Positions 37,902-49,500 of a stretch of 64,000 nt of DNA are shown piece after piece (the first letter of the stretch is position 1; each line of letters begins with the position of its first letter). Under the pieces are notes generated by a model. It saw only the letters and a program-made list of their open reading frames with translations. It ran no database searches and had not been told where the DNA came from. Made by a program: the position numbers and the translations under genes. The DNA is from an uncultured bacterium (lineage in GTDB: Bacteria; Zixibacteria; MSB-5A5; CAIYYT01). The stretch is from the NCBI GenBank assembly GCA_963726455.1, contig CAVSCK010000004.1:544001-608000 (forward strand), in the 5' to 3' direction.

Positions 37902-40654
37902 GAGTTAAATACGGCTGGATTGTCTTACTTCTCCTGTTATTGCCTGCTACCGGCACCGCCCAATTCTATTTTGGCAAGAACAAGATTCAGTATTCGACCT
38001 TCAAGTGGAAGGTATTGTCGACGCCGCACTTTCGCGTCTATTTTTATGAGGAAGAAAAGCCAATAGCCGAAATCGCTGCGGCGGCCGCCGAACAATCGTA
38101 CGACATTCTTTCGGACAAGTTTAACCACTACATTTTCAAGAAGATCCCGCTGATCATATACAGCGCGCCGACGTTCTTTGCCCAGACCAACGTAACACCG
38201 TCGCTGCTTCCAGAGAACGTCGCCGGTTTCACAGAGTTCTATAAGGGACGCATGGTGGTACCGTTCAACGGTTCGGTGGGCGATTTTCGGCGGGTGGTAA
38301 GACACGAGCTGGTGCACTCGTTCATGTACGACAAGATTCTGGCCAATATTTCCGAGCATCGAAAGACGAATTACTACGGCCCACCGCTCTGGTTTACGGA
38401 AGGCCTGGCTGAATGCTGGTCGCGTCCGTGGGATACCGAAGCGGATATGATAATGAGCGATATGGCCCTCTCGGGAAACATTCGCAACATCGACGATCTC
38501 GATGAACTGACCGGGAGTTTCTTTATGTACAAATACGGCGAATCGTTCTGCCACTTCGTCGAAGATCATTACGGACACGACAAGCTGGGTATGATGTTCA
38601 CCAACTGGTGGAAAGCGAAGAACTTCGAGGCCGTATTCAAGATGACGGTCGGCAAGAGTATTCGCGATGTCGGCGACGAATGGGTGTACGACCTCAAGAA
38701 GAAGCATTTCCCGAAACTGGAAAAGGGTGACCTGCCGTCAAGCGTCACCACACCTCTGGCGGAGAAGGAGTTTGCCGTCAAGCCGGTGGCACTGCCGATT
38801 TCGTATCGCGGCGCTGATGACTGGATTGTTTACAAGGCCAACAAGCTCGGCTACTCCGGAATCTACATGCGTTCGCCGTCGAAAGACGAGGAAGTCACCC
38901 TGGTCAAAGGCGAGCGCTCGTCGGCGTTCGAGTCGTTGCACTTGCTGCAAACCAGAATCAGTGTCGACTCCGGAGGCAGGATCGCGTTCGTGTCGAAGCG
39001 CTACGAGCGGGATGTCATCTACGTTTATGATGTGCTCGCCGGCAAGATTACGGCGACGTATGAGTTTCCGAAACTGTTCCAGATAACGTCACCATCTTGG
39101 TCTCCCGACGGCAAGGCGATCATCTTTTCCGGCGCTACCTTCAATGGCGTGTATGACATCTACACTTACTCGATCGCTGATTCGAAGCTGCGTCAACTGA
39201 CGAATGACATTTACTATGATACCGAACCCGTGTACACTTTCGACGGCGATGTGATATTTTCGTCCGATCGCGGCAGCTTCGGTTATGAGAGCTATCGTAA
39301 TTTGTTCCGGCTGGTATTGCCCGATAGTACGATCACGCCGTTGACGTACGGAAAATTCAACGACCTGTCGCCCCAGTTCGTGGGACGCAATTTGCTGTTC
39401 ACGTCTGACCGTGGGGGCAGCCCGAACGTGTACATGCTTGACACCAACGCCCAGGTGCTGCAACTGACAGACTTTGCCACCGGTGCGTTTGATCCCGTAG
39501 TCGGCCATAACAAGCTAATATTCAGTGCCTATCAGAACTTCAGCTTCAACATTCTCTCACAACCCTACGACAGCTCGCTATTCGTTCCGGTGCAGGTTAC
39601 GCCGCCGGCATTTACCGCGTGGAACCCCGAATACCTGTCCGGCAAACTGGAAGAGGGCGTACTGGACTACAAGAACGAATACTCGATTGACGTCGCCCAA
39701 TCGGCGATTGCCTACGACGCGGTGGTGGGCTCAATTGGCGGTTTCCAGACGGTATTTTCCGATATGTTGGGCAACCGCCTGTACTACGTCTTGATTTCCA
39801 ATTCGGCCACGACCAAGGATGAGCTGTTGAAGTCATTTAACCTTGGGATCACTTATGTCAACAAAACCCATCGCCTCAACTGGGGTGTCGGGGCATTCCA
39901 TCTGTATGACGAGCATTTCGATGATTATGAGGGTTATGTCTCCGAGCGCCAAACGGGAGCGGAGGGTTTGATATCCTATCCGCTTTCGACTTTCACGCGC
40001 GTTGAAACCTCGATCTTTCTGCGACATTCTTTTCGGAAGAAGTTACAGTTCGACACGCAGCGTAATGCAATCCTGTCGACCAACTACATTTCACTGGTAC
40101 ATGACAACTCGTTGTGGGACGTTTCCGGGCCGATCGACGGTATGCGATTCAATGCCACACTGGGGCTGACGACAGATTTCTATTCGGGCAGAATATTCAA
40201 TCGGTTGGCATTTGTGGATTTCCGCCACTACCTGCGGATAGGCAAGTACTCGGCGTTCGCGACGCGAGTTTTTGGATTTGGTTCCGATGGAAGCGAGCCG
40301 CAGCGAATTTACCTGGGCGGAAGCTGGTCGTTGCGTGGATATGATCGCAAAGCGTTTTATGCGCGCAAGGTGGCGTTGATATCGAATGAGTTGAGATTCC
40401 CGTTGATTGATGACCTTTACGTTGGCTTCCCATTCGGGAGAATTGGATTTCAAGCGATCAGAGGCGCAGTGTTTGTCGATGCCGGCAGCGGCTGGAATGA
40501 CAAATTTGACCGGCTGTCGGGATCATTCGGAACAGGCGCACGCGTTTCGCTGGGATATCTGATGGTGTTGCGTTTCGATTTCGTGCGCCGAACCGATTTC
40601 CGCAAGATCACTTCGCCGTGGGTGTTTGATTTCTTCTTTGGGTGGAATTTCTGA
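37898..40654 (+). CDS. Omp85/BamA-family barrel with N-terminal MA-clan metallopeptidase-like and PD40 propeller domains
   Basis: QFYFGKNKIQY; HELVH...WFTEGLAE; PSWSPDG repeats; LGGSWSLRGY; terminal FFGWNF. Confidence 0.9.
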   Translation: MRVKYGWIVLLLLLLPATGTAQFYFGKNKIQYSTFKWKVLSTPHFRVYFYEEEKPIAEIAAAAAEQSYDILSDKFNHYIFKKIPLIIYSAPTFFAQTNVTPSLLPENVAGFTEFYKGRMVVPFNGSVGDFRRVVRHELVHSFMYDKILANISEHRKTNYYGPPLWFTEGLAECWSRPWDTEADMIMSDMALSGNIRNIDDLDELTGSFFMYKYGESFCHFVEDHYGHDKLGMMFTNWWKAKNFEAVFKMTVGKSIRDVGDEWVYDLKKKHFPKLEKGDLPSSVTTPLAEKEFAVKPVALPISYRGADDWIVYKANKLGYSGIYMRSPSKDEEVTLVKGERSSAFESLHLLQTRISVDSGGRIAFVSKRYERDVIYVYDVLAGKITATYEFPKLFQITSPSWSPDGKAIIFSGATFNGVYDIYTYSIADSKLRQLTNDIYYDTEPVYTFDGDVIFSSDRGSFGYESYRNLFRLVLPDSTITPLTYGKFNDLSPQFVGRNLLFTSDRGGSPNVYMLDTNAQVLQLTDFATGAFDPVVGHNKLIFSAYQNFSFNILSQPYDSSLFVPVQVTPPAFTAWNPEYLSGKLEEGVLDYKNEYSIDVAQSAIAYDAVVGSIGGFQTVFSDMLGNRLYYVLISNSATTKDELLKSFNLGITYVNKTHRLNWGVGAFHLYDEHFDDYEGYVSERQTGAEGLISYPLSTFTRVETSIFLRHSFRKKLQFDTQRNAILSTNYISLVHDNSLWDVSGPIDGMRFNATLGLTTDFYSGRIFNRLAFVDFRHYLRIGKYSAFATRVFGFGSDGSEPQRIYLGGSWSLRGYDRKAFYARKVALISNELRFPLIDDLYVGFPFGRIGFQAIRGAVFVDAGSGWNDKFDRLSGSFGTGARVSLGYLMVLRFDFVRRTDFRKITSPWVFDFFFGWNF

Positions 40655-41808
40655 TGGGAAACTGGCGGATTCTGATACTCGGCGGATTGATTGCGGCAAT
40701 TATTTTGCAAAGCGGCTGTGCGTCACGTCCCAGACCGCTGGCGCCCTTTGATGTAACACCACGTCCATTGATGTACTATCAGACACCGGCCAATGCGAAT
40801 CTGATTACTCCGTCCGACGGCAGTGTCTTCGACACACTGCTCTGGAGCCGCAAACTGAATGGCGGTTTGACCGCGCAGGTAGTCGGAACGGACAGTTTTG
40901 TGGTGGTGCCGAGTTTCAATGAGCGAATCTATCTGCTGAATCCGGATGATGGCAAGCATTACTCAATGCTCGGCACCGAAGCCGCAGTTGGATCGCCGAC
41001 AGTGATTTCGGGGAACTTGCTTTACTTTGTTGAGGAAGCAGGGGGGGATTTGTTGACCTGCCTGAACCTTGCCACACGCAAAGCGGTGTTTCATACGAAA
41101 ATCGTCGACTCTCCGGGAGCGCCGATATTGGACGGGGGCGACGTGTATATCACTTCCAGGACGGGAAACGTCTATCGCATTAACGGCCGGGACGGCAAAG
41201 TGATCTGGACCTATGAGACGGGGGGGATTTCCTACAGCTCGCCGACGGTGGACAGCCAACATGTGTATGCCGGCACCGACCGGGGAGAGATTGTCTGCCT
41301 CGACAAGAACAAGGGCACGAAGATTTGGTCATTCAAGTGTGGCGGCGCAATCTACTCGCGACCGGTCGTCGGAACTATTCTCTATTGCACCTCGGGAGAC
41401 GGAATCCTGTACGCGCTGGAGCCGTCGAATGGGTCACTTCTCTGGAGCTTCACCACGCACGGTCCGATCCATACCACACCGGTTCTGGCCGATGACCGGC
41501 TTTTGTTCGGCTCGGATGATAAGAGCGTGTACTGCCTCGACGCGCATACCGGGAAGAGCATCTGGGCGCATGAAACGGACGCGATTGTTCAGTCGTCGCC
41601 TCTGGCAACAGATACGACTTTCATTGTCTGCAACAGTGCAGGCAATGTTCTTCAATTTGGCTATTCCGGAAACCTGCTAAGGACGCTGAAGGTTAAGGGT
41701 TCAATTGACGCCGCACCGTCGATTATCGACGGCAAGTTGTTCGTCGTGACTCGCCTGAGAATGCTATATTGTTACGGCATTTCGAAGCACCTTCCACCTG
41801 CCAACTAA
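40654..41808 (+). CDS. PQQ-like beta-propeller lipoprotein (BamB-like)
   Basis: Lipobox-like LQSGC; repeated 'YCLD..TG..IW' blades. Confidence 0.85.
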   Translation: MGNWRILILGGLIAAIILQSGCASRPRPLAPFDVTPRPLMYYQTPANANLITPSDGSVFDTLLWSRKLNGGLTAQVVGTDSFVVVPSFNERIYLLNPDDGKHYSMLGTEAAVGSPTVISGNLLYFVEEAGGDLLTCLNLATRKAVFHTKIVDSPGAPILDGGDVYITSRTGNVYRINGRDGKVIWTYETGGISYSSPTVDSQHVYAGTDRGEIVCLDKNKGTKIWSFKCGGAIYSRPVVGTILYCTSGDGILYALEPSNGSLLWSFTTHGPIHTTPVLADDRLLFGSDDKSVYCLDAHTGKSIWAHETDAIVQSSPLATDTTFIVCNSAGNVLQFGYSGNLLRTLKVKGSIDAAPSIIDGKLFVVTRLRMLYCYGISKHLPPAN

Positions 41809-41944
41809 CTCTGACAATTTGACAGCTTTCGTGCCAGCGTGACGCTGGCTCTGCCATTTTGGCATTTTCATCACTTAAAGCTATTCTCGACGCGTTCCCA
41901 CTAACTGTCTACGAATATGTCACTTAGGCCTCACAGGAAAAGGT

Positions 41945-41959
41945 TGGCACGGCATTTGT
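41945..41959 (+). promoter_or_regulatory. sigma54-like (-24/-12) promoter of hsp20-dnaK
   Basis: TGGCAC-N5-TTGT, one mismatch from TGGCAC-N5-TTGC. Confidence 0.55.
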
Positions 41960-42056
41960 TTTAAGTAGTGCCGGTTGGGACGAGGTGAAGTGGATGGAAA
42001 GGAAATAGAAGATGAGTTTGAGGCAACAACCATTCAGTCACGAAGGAGAAAGAAGT

Positions 42057-42497
42057 ATGTATCTCACAGTCAGCAAGCCCCGGATGCCGTTTGGAAGTAT
42101 GGCATGCAACATCGATCGTTGGTTCGAGGACATGGTCAGTGGGCGGCCGATGGGCGAAAACGAAATGGGCTGGGTTCCGAGAGCGGATATTCACGAAACC
42201 GAGGATAGTTTCGTCGTTCAGTTTGACCTGCCCGGCGTCGAGAAACAGGACGTCAAGGTGAAATTCGAAGACGACACTTTGATCGTGTCGGGCGAACGCA
42301 AGCACGAGTCGAAGGAAGACGACAAGAGCTTCCACCGGGTCGAACGGATCTACGGCAGTTTTACCAGATCGGTTGAGATGCCGAAAGCTGTTCAGGCCGA
42401 GAAGATCGACGCGACTTTCAAGAACGGTGTTCTCGAAGTCACGTTGCCGAAGGCCGAAGAGGTGAAGTCCAAGGAGATCGAGATAAAGGTCGGCTAA
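42057..42497 (+). CDS. small heat-shock protein Hsp20
   Basis: WVPRADIHET, DLPGV, ERIYGSFTRS, NGVLEVTLPK, IEI; AAGGAG RBS. Confidence 0.95.
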   Translation: MYLTVSKPRMPFGSMACNIDRWFEDMVSGRPMGENEMGWVPRADIHETEDSFVVQFDLPGVEKQDVKVKFEDDTLIVSGERKHESKEDDKSFHRVERIYGSFTRSVEMPKAVQAEKIDATFKNGVLEVTLPKAEEVKSKEIEIKVG

Positions 42498-42650
42498 GCC
42501 GGAAGCGAAGTCGACACTGGAAACGATCGACAGGTTAGCGCCGAAGAAGCAGAGCCCGTTTGCAGTCGCGAGCGGGCTTTGTTTCGGAAGTTGAAGAGTG
42601 GCGCCGGTCGTACCGGCGTAACAGAATGAGAACGAAGGAGAGAGAATAAT

Positions 42651-44576
42651 ATGACGGACAAGATCATTGGCATCGACCTCGGCACGACCAATTCCTGTGT
42701 CTCGGTGATGGAAGGGTCAGAGCCGGTGGTCATTCCCAATTCGGAAGGGGCACGCACGACCCCATCGGTGGTCGGATTTACGAAGACTGGCGAGCGGCTG
42801 GTAGGACAGATTGCCAAGAGACAGGCGATCACCAACCCGCTTAACACCGTGTTCTCGATCAAGCGCTTTATGGGAAGGCACTACGACGAAGTGACGCAAG
42901 AGATCAAGAATTTCCCATACAAGGTGAAGCGCGGCAGTAGCGGCCTGGCCGTGATTGAAATCGACGGCAAGGATTATTCGCCGCAGGAAATCTCCGCCAT
43001 GATTCTGGGCAAGATGAAGCAGGCGGCTGAGGATTTCCTGGGACAGAAAGTCACGAAGGCGGTAATCACCGTGCCGGCGTACTTTAATGACGCGCAAAGG
43101 CAGGCGACCAAGGACGCGGGCAGAATCGCCGGGCTGGAAGTCATGCGCATCATCAACGAGCCGACGGCGGCATCGCTGGCGTATGGACTCGACAAAAAGG
43201 CCAACAAGAAGATCGCCGTGTTCGACCTTGGCGGTGGAACGTTTGACATTTCGATTCTGGAAATCGGCGACGGCGTGTTTGAAGTGTTGTCAACCAACGG
43301 TGACACGCACCTTGGCGGTGATGATTTCGACAAGCGCGTGATCGACTGGCTCGCGGATGAATTCAAGAAGTCAGACGGCATCGATCTGTCGAAGGATCCG
43401 ATGGCGTTGCAGCGATTGAAAGAAGCTGCCGAAAAGGCAAAGATCGAATTGTCGTCCACGAAGGAGACAACGATCAATCTGCCGTTTATCTCGGCGGATG
43501 GGTCGGGACCGAGGCATTTGAACCTGACGTTAACCCGGTCACGGTTCGAGGGCATGGTCGACGATTTGATTCGGCGCGCCATGGAGCCGTGCCGCAAAGC
43601 ACTGGAAGATGCCAAGGTAGCGACCGGCGATATCGGAGAAGTAGTGCTGGTCGGCGGAATGACCCGGATGCCCAAGGTGGTCGAGGAAGTGGAGAAATTC
43701 TTCGGACGTGAGGCGCACAAGGGCGTCAACCCAGATGAAGTTGTCGCGGTCGGCGCTGCCATTCAGGGTGGCGTATTGGCAGGCGATGTCAAAGACGTGT
43801 TGTTGCTGGACGTGACGCCGCTGTCGCTCGGTATCGAGACGCTCGGCGGTGTGTTCACCAAGTTGATCGAGCGCAACACGACGATTCCGACCAAAAAGGC
43901 GCAGGTGTTCTCGACGGCTGCTGATAATCAGACGTCGGTTGAAGTGCACGTGCAGCAAGGCGAGCGGCCCATGGCACTCGATAACCGCACGATTGGCAGA
44001 TTCCATCTGGACGGTATTCCGTCCGCGCCTAGAGGTCTGCCACAGATTGAAGTGACATTTGATATCGACGCCAACGGTATTCTCAATGTCTCGGCGCGCG
44101 ATCTCGGCACCGGCAAGGAGCAGAAGATTCGCATCGAGTCATCCTCCGGTCTCTCCAAGCAGGAGATCGACAAGATGGTGCGCGATGCCGAAGCCAACGC
44201 GGCTGCCGACAGTAAGCGCAAGGAAGATGTCGAGGTCAAGAACCGGGCCGATCAGATGGCGTTCGAAGCGGAGAAGACTCTGCGCGACAACGCCGACAAG
44301 ATCGATGAGGCGACCAAGGCCGATATTCAGAAGTCGATCGATCGCATCAAGGAGTTGACGCGTGGCAGCGACTACGCAGCCATGAAGTCTGAGACCGAGC
44401 GCCTGCAGAATCTGTTGCACAAGGCGGCAGAGGAAATCTACCGTAAGTCATCGACTCAGGCGGGCGCGCAACAGCAGCAGACAGGCCCACAGAGCGAGAC
44501 GCAGGAGCCGTCCAGCCAATCGCAAGCCAATGCGAACGGGCAGGCAGTTGATGCTGATTATGAAGTGGTGAAGTAA
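42651..44576 (+). CDS. dnaK: chaperone DnaK
   Basis: [32 protein letters not shown], terminal DADYEVVK. Confidence 0.99.
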   Translation: MTDKIIGIDLGTTNSCVSVMEGSEPVVIPNSEGARTTPSVVGFTKTGERLVGQIAKRQAITNPLNTVFSIKRFMGRHYDEVTQEIKNFPYKVKRGSSGLAVIEIDGKDYSPQEISAMILGKMKQAAEDFLGQKVTKAVITVPAYFNDAQRQATKDAGRIAGLEVMRIINEPTAASLAYGLDKKANKKIAVFDLGGGTFDISILEIGDGVFEVLSTNGDTHLGGDDFDKRVIDWLADEFKKSDGIDLSKDPMALQRLKEAAEKAKIELSSTKETTINLPFISADGSGPRHLNLTLTRSRFEGMVDDLIRRAMEPCRKALEDAKVATGDIGEVVLVGGMTRMPKVVEEVEKFFGREAHKGVNPDEVVAVGAAIQGGVLAGDVKDVLLLDVTPLSLGIETLGGVFTKLIERNTTIPTKKAQVFSTAADNQTSVEVHVQQGERPMALDNRTIGRFHLDGIPSAPRGLPQIEVTFDIDANGILNVSARDLGTGKEQKIRIESSSGLSKQEIDKMVRDAEANAAADSKRKEDVEVKNRADQMAFEAEKTLRDNADKIDEATKADIQKSIDRIKELTRGSDYAAMKSETERLQNLLHKAAEEIYRKSSTQAGAQQQQTGPQSETQEPSSQSQANANGQAVDADYEVVK

Positions 44577-44618
44577 ACAATCGCATTTGGGCGATGTCGT
44601 GCGATCATGGAGCACAAA

Positions 44619-44663
44619 GAAACCCCGCCAGTAGATAGTGAACTCTGTCCATTGCGGGGTTTC
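44619..44663 (+). terminator. stem-loop after dnaK
   Basis: gaaaccccgc...gcggggtttc. Confidence 0.5.
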
Positions 44664-44728
44664 CGCTTTGAGTGTAAGAAGCGGATTCAATCCTTGACAT
44701 CCATAGCTGGTACAGCGTATCGTCGGAC

Positions 44729-45283
44729 ATGCTTACCGAACAATTGGAGTTCTTGAGGTCGCTTGCCGGCCGGTTAAATAGCGCCAGGATTCCATACATG
44801 CTGACGGGTTCATGGGCGATGACGCTCTATGGCCGCGGCCGAATGACCCGCGATATCGATCTCGTCGTTGAAGTTGACCAAGACGATGCTGACAAGATAG
44901 TTGAATTGTTTTCCAGCGATTGCTACGTGGATAGAGATGCCGTCCGAGATGCTGTCAAACGACGGTGGATGTTTAACATAATTCAGCAGCAATATTCGAT
45001 TAAGGCGGATTTTGTGATTAGAAAGGACGTCGAATTCCGTCGAGAGGAGTTCAAGCGGCGTCAATCAGTAGATATTGAGGGCACCCAAGTCTGGATCGCA
45101 ACTCCTGAAGATCTTATCTTGTCGAAGCTGTACTGGAGCAAGGACTCGCACTCGGAAACACAGTTTAAGGACGTCTGTGGCCTGATTTCAGGAATACAAG
45201 AGCTCGATTGGACGTATCTTAGAAAGTGGGCCAAGGAATTAGGTGTCGGCCAAACTCTTGAGGAAGCTAAAGCGAATGCATGA
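44729..45283 (+). CDS. nucleotidyltransferase, AbiEii/DUF1814-like (putative TA toxin)
   Basis: YMLTGSWA..YG..RMTRDIDL, ATPEDLILSKL; TTGACA promoter at 44694. Confidence 0.8.
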   Translation: MLTEQLEFLRSLAGRLNSARIPYMLTGSWAMTLYGRGRMTRDIDLVVEVDQDDADKIVELFSSDCYVDRDAVRDAVKRRWMFNIIQQQYSIKADFVIRKDVEFRREEFKRRQSVDIEGTQVWIATPEDLILSKLYWSKDSHSETQFKDVCGLISGIQELDWTYLRKWAKELGVGQTLEEAKANA

Positions 45284-45539
45284 CACAACGCCGGAAGTCG
45301 AGCGAATCTACAGCGAAATGCTGCGGTCGCGCACACCGCTGGAACGATTCCAAATGGTGAGCGAAATGTTCGATACGGCCCGGACACTCATGGCGGCAGG
45401 AATCCTGCGAGAGAATCCCAATCTATCTGAGCTTGAAGTGAAGCGGGAAGTATTCCGACGAATGTACCGCGAAGACTTCACGCCGGAGCAGATGGAGAAG
45501 ATCCTACAGCATATACTTCAGCCCGAGCCGGGGAAGTAG
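45276..45539 (+). CDS. small helical protein, putative antitoxin partner
   Basis: MHDTTPEV...TPLERF..SEM...AGI...P.LS..E; overlaps the NTase stop codon. Confidence 0.7.
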   Translation: MHDTTPEVERIYSEMLRSRTPLERFQMVSEMFDTARTLMAAGILRENPNLSELEVKREVFRRMYREDFTPEQMEKILQHILQPEPGK

Positions 45540-45662
45540 TTCACCAGTAGAAACAGTGCCGCACGCCGATTGTATTTCACGACAGCGATAGAATGATTCC
45601 GTCAGGAAAGGGTTCCCGACGGCGCAAGTGGCAACCGTACCGCACGGCTCCGACTGATTGTG

Positions 45663-46439
45663 CTACTTGTTCAGTTCGCGCTTAAGCGGACCCTCTCGAT
45701 AGGCAGGAACCCAGTAGTTGCCCCCGTCCTTGGCGAATCGCACCAAAGAAGAATCATCGATCGCATAGAAAATGATCTTTGCCGTACAAACCGCCAGAGC
45801 TGCCGCCTGCGCGGCGCCGAGTGCTTTTAGCGCCCACAACTCAAGTGAATTGCCCCCATAGTTTGCGAGCCGTTTCGCCTGATTAAGAGTCAAACTATCA
45901 ACGGAGTTAAGTTCCAGTGTTGTGGTATAGGAGTTGCCTAGAGCTTTGGCAACTTCGTCAGTTAGCGAAGTCAAGCCGTTAAGAGACAATATTCCAATTG
46001 ATGCCCAGGCCTTTCCGCCGGGATCTTTCTGAGTGAGATTCTTGATTTCTCCAGGTTTGAACAAGCTTAGTGCCTTTGCCTGAGCGGCAGAGAGACTGTC
46101 AAGACCATTCAGAAACAAGAAGTGACCGTTGAACCGTCCGAACATTTGCGCCTGCTTATCGGTGAGCTGCTTCAAACCATTCAACCACTATCCTCTTAAT
46201 TCGGCGCCGCTACTGCGAGTATAGAAGCCATTCGACTTGGCCAGCGTCTGCGCCTGCTCGTCCGTAAGAGTCTGAATCCTTGCCCACTGCAGAGTGTCGC
46301 CACTCGTGATTACCGCCGCAAATTCCTCGGCGGTTAGAGGCTGAATCGTGTTCTGGCCGAAAACATCTGAAGACAATGCTACTATGAAAACAAAGATAAG
46401 TATTCGAGCGGTTCGGAGAGGTATATTGCTTGTTGTCAT
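45663..46439 (-). pseudogene. secreted leucine-rich-repeat-like protein interrupted by one in-frame TAG (46188-46190)
   Basis: The two ORFs are in frame; repeat 'L.LNGL.SLT..QA..L' predicts Leu (TTG) where the TAG stands. Confidence 0.65.
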
Positions 46440-46578
46440 TTTGCGCCTCCTGACTTCTCGATCTGTGACTGATACAAAGTAGACGCGCAGGAAAGAGAAA
46501 GTCAACAAAAGATTAGACTAACCATAAGGCTTATTTCGGGACTGCCTGTCGACAGCATTTGGCAAAAGCGTCGCGCAG

Positions 46579-49500
46579 CTATTTTCCCGCGCAGGGCGCA
46601 GCGCCACCCGAGAAGATGTAGACGATCAGATAGACAACGTCCGAGATGTCAATTGCCTGATCGCAGTTGGCATCGCCTGCCAATAGCGGCACGGGCGCCG
46701 GGCCGCCGGAAAAGATGTAACCGATGAGATAGACAGCATCTGAGATGTCGATTGAGCCGTCGTGGTTGGCGTCACCGAAGACATACTGCTGGGTGACTTT
46801 GATCTGATCATAATAAGTGGGCGACCAGCCGAACAGACTGTCGCCGGCCTTGATCTGCAAGAAACGCGGTTGCGGAAACCGGCGGGAAAGTGATGTTGTC
46901 CAATGTCACCTTCAGCCGCGTCGTCATTATCGAATCGGGAATCTGATAATTCGGAATTGAGAAACCATACCAGTAGATGCTGGTGTCGGTGGCGGTAGCA
47001 TTCAGATTATTGCGAACCTGAGTGTCGGCGCTGAATTGCCTGATTACGGCTCCAGTGCAATTCTGGCCGCCGTGCGCGTAGGACGGCAGCGAATCGACGA
47101 TCATCGTTCCTGCGGTAACCAACGACTTGGGGATGCCGATTCCCAGCCAGTATTTGTCCGTCTGTGGCGGCCAGGAAGTTCCGCGCCACCACCAGGGCAC
47201 TTCAACCGTGGAATAGGTCTTGCTGGAAGCCTTGCTGGGAGCAGACAGCCGGATAGTTGTATGGCGGCCAGGGTTGACCGGGATGATTATACTGGAAATC
47301 ATAACCGAAATGCCAGCCGCGCGAAGTATCGGCAACACAGCCCCAACAGACTTGAGGATCAAGGTTGTCCGGCGAGGAATAGGTTCTATCATTGAGCACG
47401 TCGGCGCACAGGTAGAACATGCCGACATAAGGGCAGGTATCAACCGGTGACGTGAGCGCGTGGCCGGCATCATCTACGGCGAATATGCTGTTGTGAATCA
47501 GCGGGTCGCCGTCGTGCTTGCTCGGACACCCCGCGCCGTGCTCGGCGTTGTAAGTCGAACCTGCGTGGAAGGTGCGAGTTTCGCTGACGCCCTCCCAGTC
47601 GACGACATAAATGACTTCACCAACAGAGTATGTGGATTTGTTCGTGCGAATCTGAATGTGGCCGCTGGTGTTGTCGAACTGGCAGGTCTCTCCCGATTCG
47701 GGATTTCGCCCGTTGCCGTTGACATCCTCGCCGCCGTCGAAGAGACCGTCGTTATCCGAATCGCAGTCGTGCTCGGCGCGGAGGCCGTCGCTGTCAATAT
47801 CGGCGAAGTTGAGCGCATCGTTATTGTGTCCGGGATGGAAGCCGGGCTGGTCATGAAATGTGTAATTCCTGATCTCATTGAAATCCGAAACCTGATCGCT
47901 GTCGGAATCCGCCGAGCGGGCATAGCATTGGAATTTGCGCGGATTGTCGCTCCCATACGCAGGCGGTCCCAGGCCTTCGTCAAAGTCAACTATGCTGTCG
48001 AGGTCGGTGTCCGAAGTGAGCGAGGCCGCTTCTGCTTTGCCGGTGATCGTACCCGCCGGAAGTTTGTAGTAGTGGGTAATCTCGATGCTGCCATAGTCCC
48101 ACCATCCGGTTCGAAAACCAGCACCGACCTGCTTCTTCGAAGGCCAGGGATCGACCAGGTGAATCTGTTGCTGGCCAGCGGCGGTGCGTTCACCATTAAG
48201 AACCATCGTTTGACCGGGGGTGCAAATTAGAAGTGGGTGATGATTGACCGAAATTTCGGTGACAATCTCCGTCCAGGTCGGCTTGCCGGCAAGAGAGGAG
48301 GCCGTCAAATTGAGTTCCCAGTTCAGAGTTGATCCAATCTCATCTGCGGGAGACCACCACAAAAATCGCTGATGGCCAAGATCACCCTCCGGAGCGTTCG
48401 GATGGATGTGTTCACAGGCGGTATACGAAATGTGATCCTGCTTCAGCGTGCCGCCAAAGAAGTTATTGACCATGTCCAGTGAGGCGCGCGCAGAATACCG
48501 CGAGCAATGTTCACAGTGGACGATGTGATCGAAAGTAGCAGAGTGCTCGCGATTCCAGGGGCCGTTTGTTCCCGGCGATTCGGAACAACCCGGGCGCTTG
48601 CAGACAGGGGAATAGCCGTTGTCGTTGGTGATGCAAAGTAGCCGCGTGTCTTTGTGTTGCAGTTTTTGCGCGACGCTCAAATATACACTGTCAGGTCCGG
48701 TCGTATTGGGATTGTAGTAGAACTTCCAGTCCTCATGTTCGGTGAGCAATCGGTTCGAGTCAAAGACACGCACCCGCCAGTAGTACACACCTTCCGCCAG
48801 CCCATTCAAAGTGTAATTTGTGCCGATAGTATAGAAAGCGATCGCCGGATTTCCGAAGAGGGAGTCCTGGTCAACTTCGAGATAATACTGGACAGCGCCA
48901 TAGACCGATGCCCACTCCAATCGCGATCCCTTGCCGAGACTGCCGCCGTTCGGCGGGAAAGTTTGGATCGGGTTGCCGATCCGTTGGTAGCCACAGGAGT
49001 AATAGGTACCCCAATCGTACTCGCGCCAATCGATGGGATTGTTGTGGTCGAACCCGCTGGGACAGAGTCCGAAGCTGCTAAATGAACCATGGCTTGAAGC
49101 ATTGACGAACTCGCCTGCTCTCCAGATACTTTTCGCAGTGGCGTGCGAATACGGGATTCCGCCGACAAAACTACCGGTGCTTGACCAGCCGACAAAATCG
49201 ACGATCGTTTGCGGACCTGCGGCAGCCTTGTACATCCCGATTTCGTCCTCGGCGGAAGAGAATATTCCCACACTATCGCCCTGCGTGTAATATGTACCTT
49301 TGCCGTCAACAAAGTTTCCGTCGTTGGGGCCCTTACTAAAATTGACGCGCAGATAAGTCCTGGGTGGGAGAGTATAGTTCGGAAGAGTCGCTATGACTGA
49401 ACCTGACCGCCCGACAAGCTGGAAGCCGTTTACCGTGAGACTGACAGCACCGGAGTTAAATAGTTCAACCCAACTGGGAGTCCACGTACCGGAACCAAAT

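Noticed and set aside
41810-42650. CIRCE/HrcA operator for hsp20-dnaK
   Set aside because: No TTAGCACTC-N9-GAGTGCTAA-like sequence found.
46188-46190. Pyrrolysine or genome-wide stop-codon reassignment
   Set aside because: The repeat consensus predicts Leu (TTG to TAG). TAG and TGA terminate conserved genes here (tsf TAG; frr and lexA TGA).
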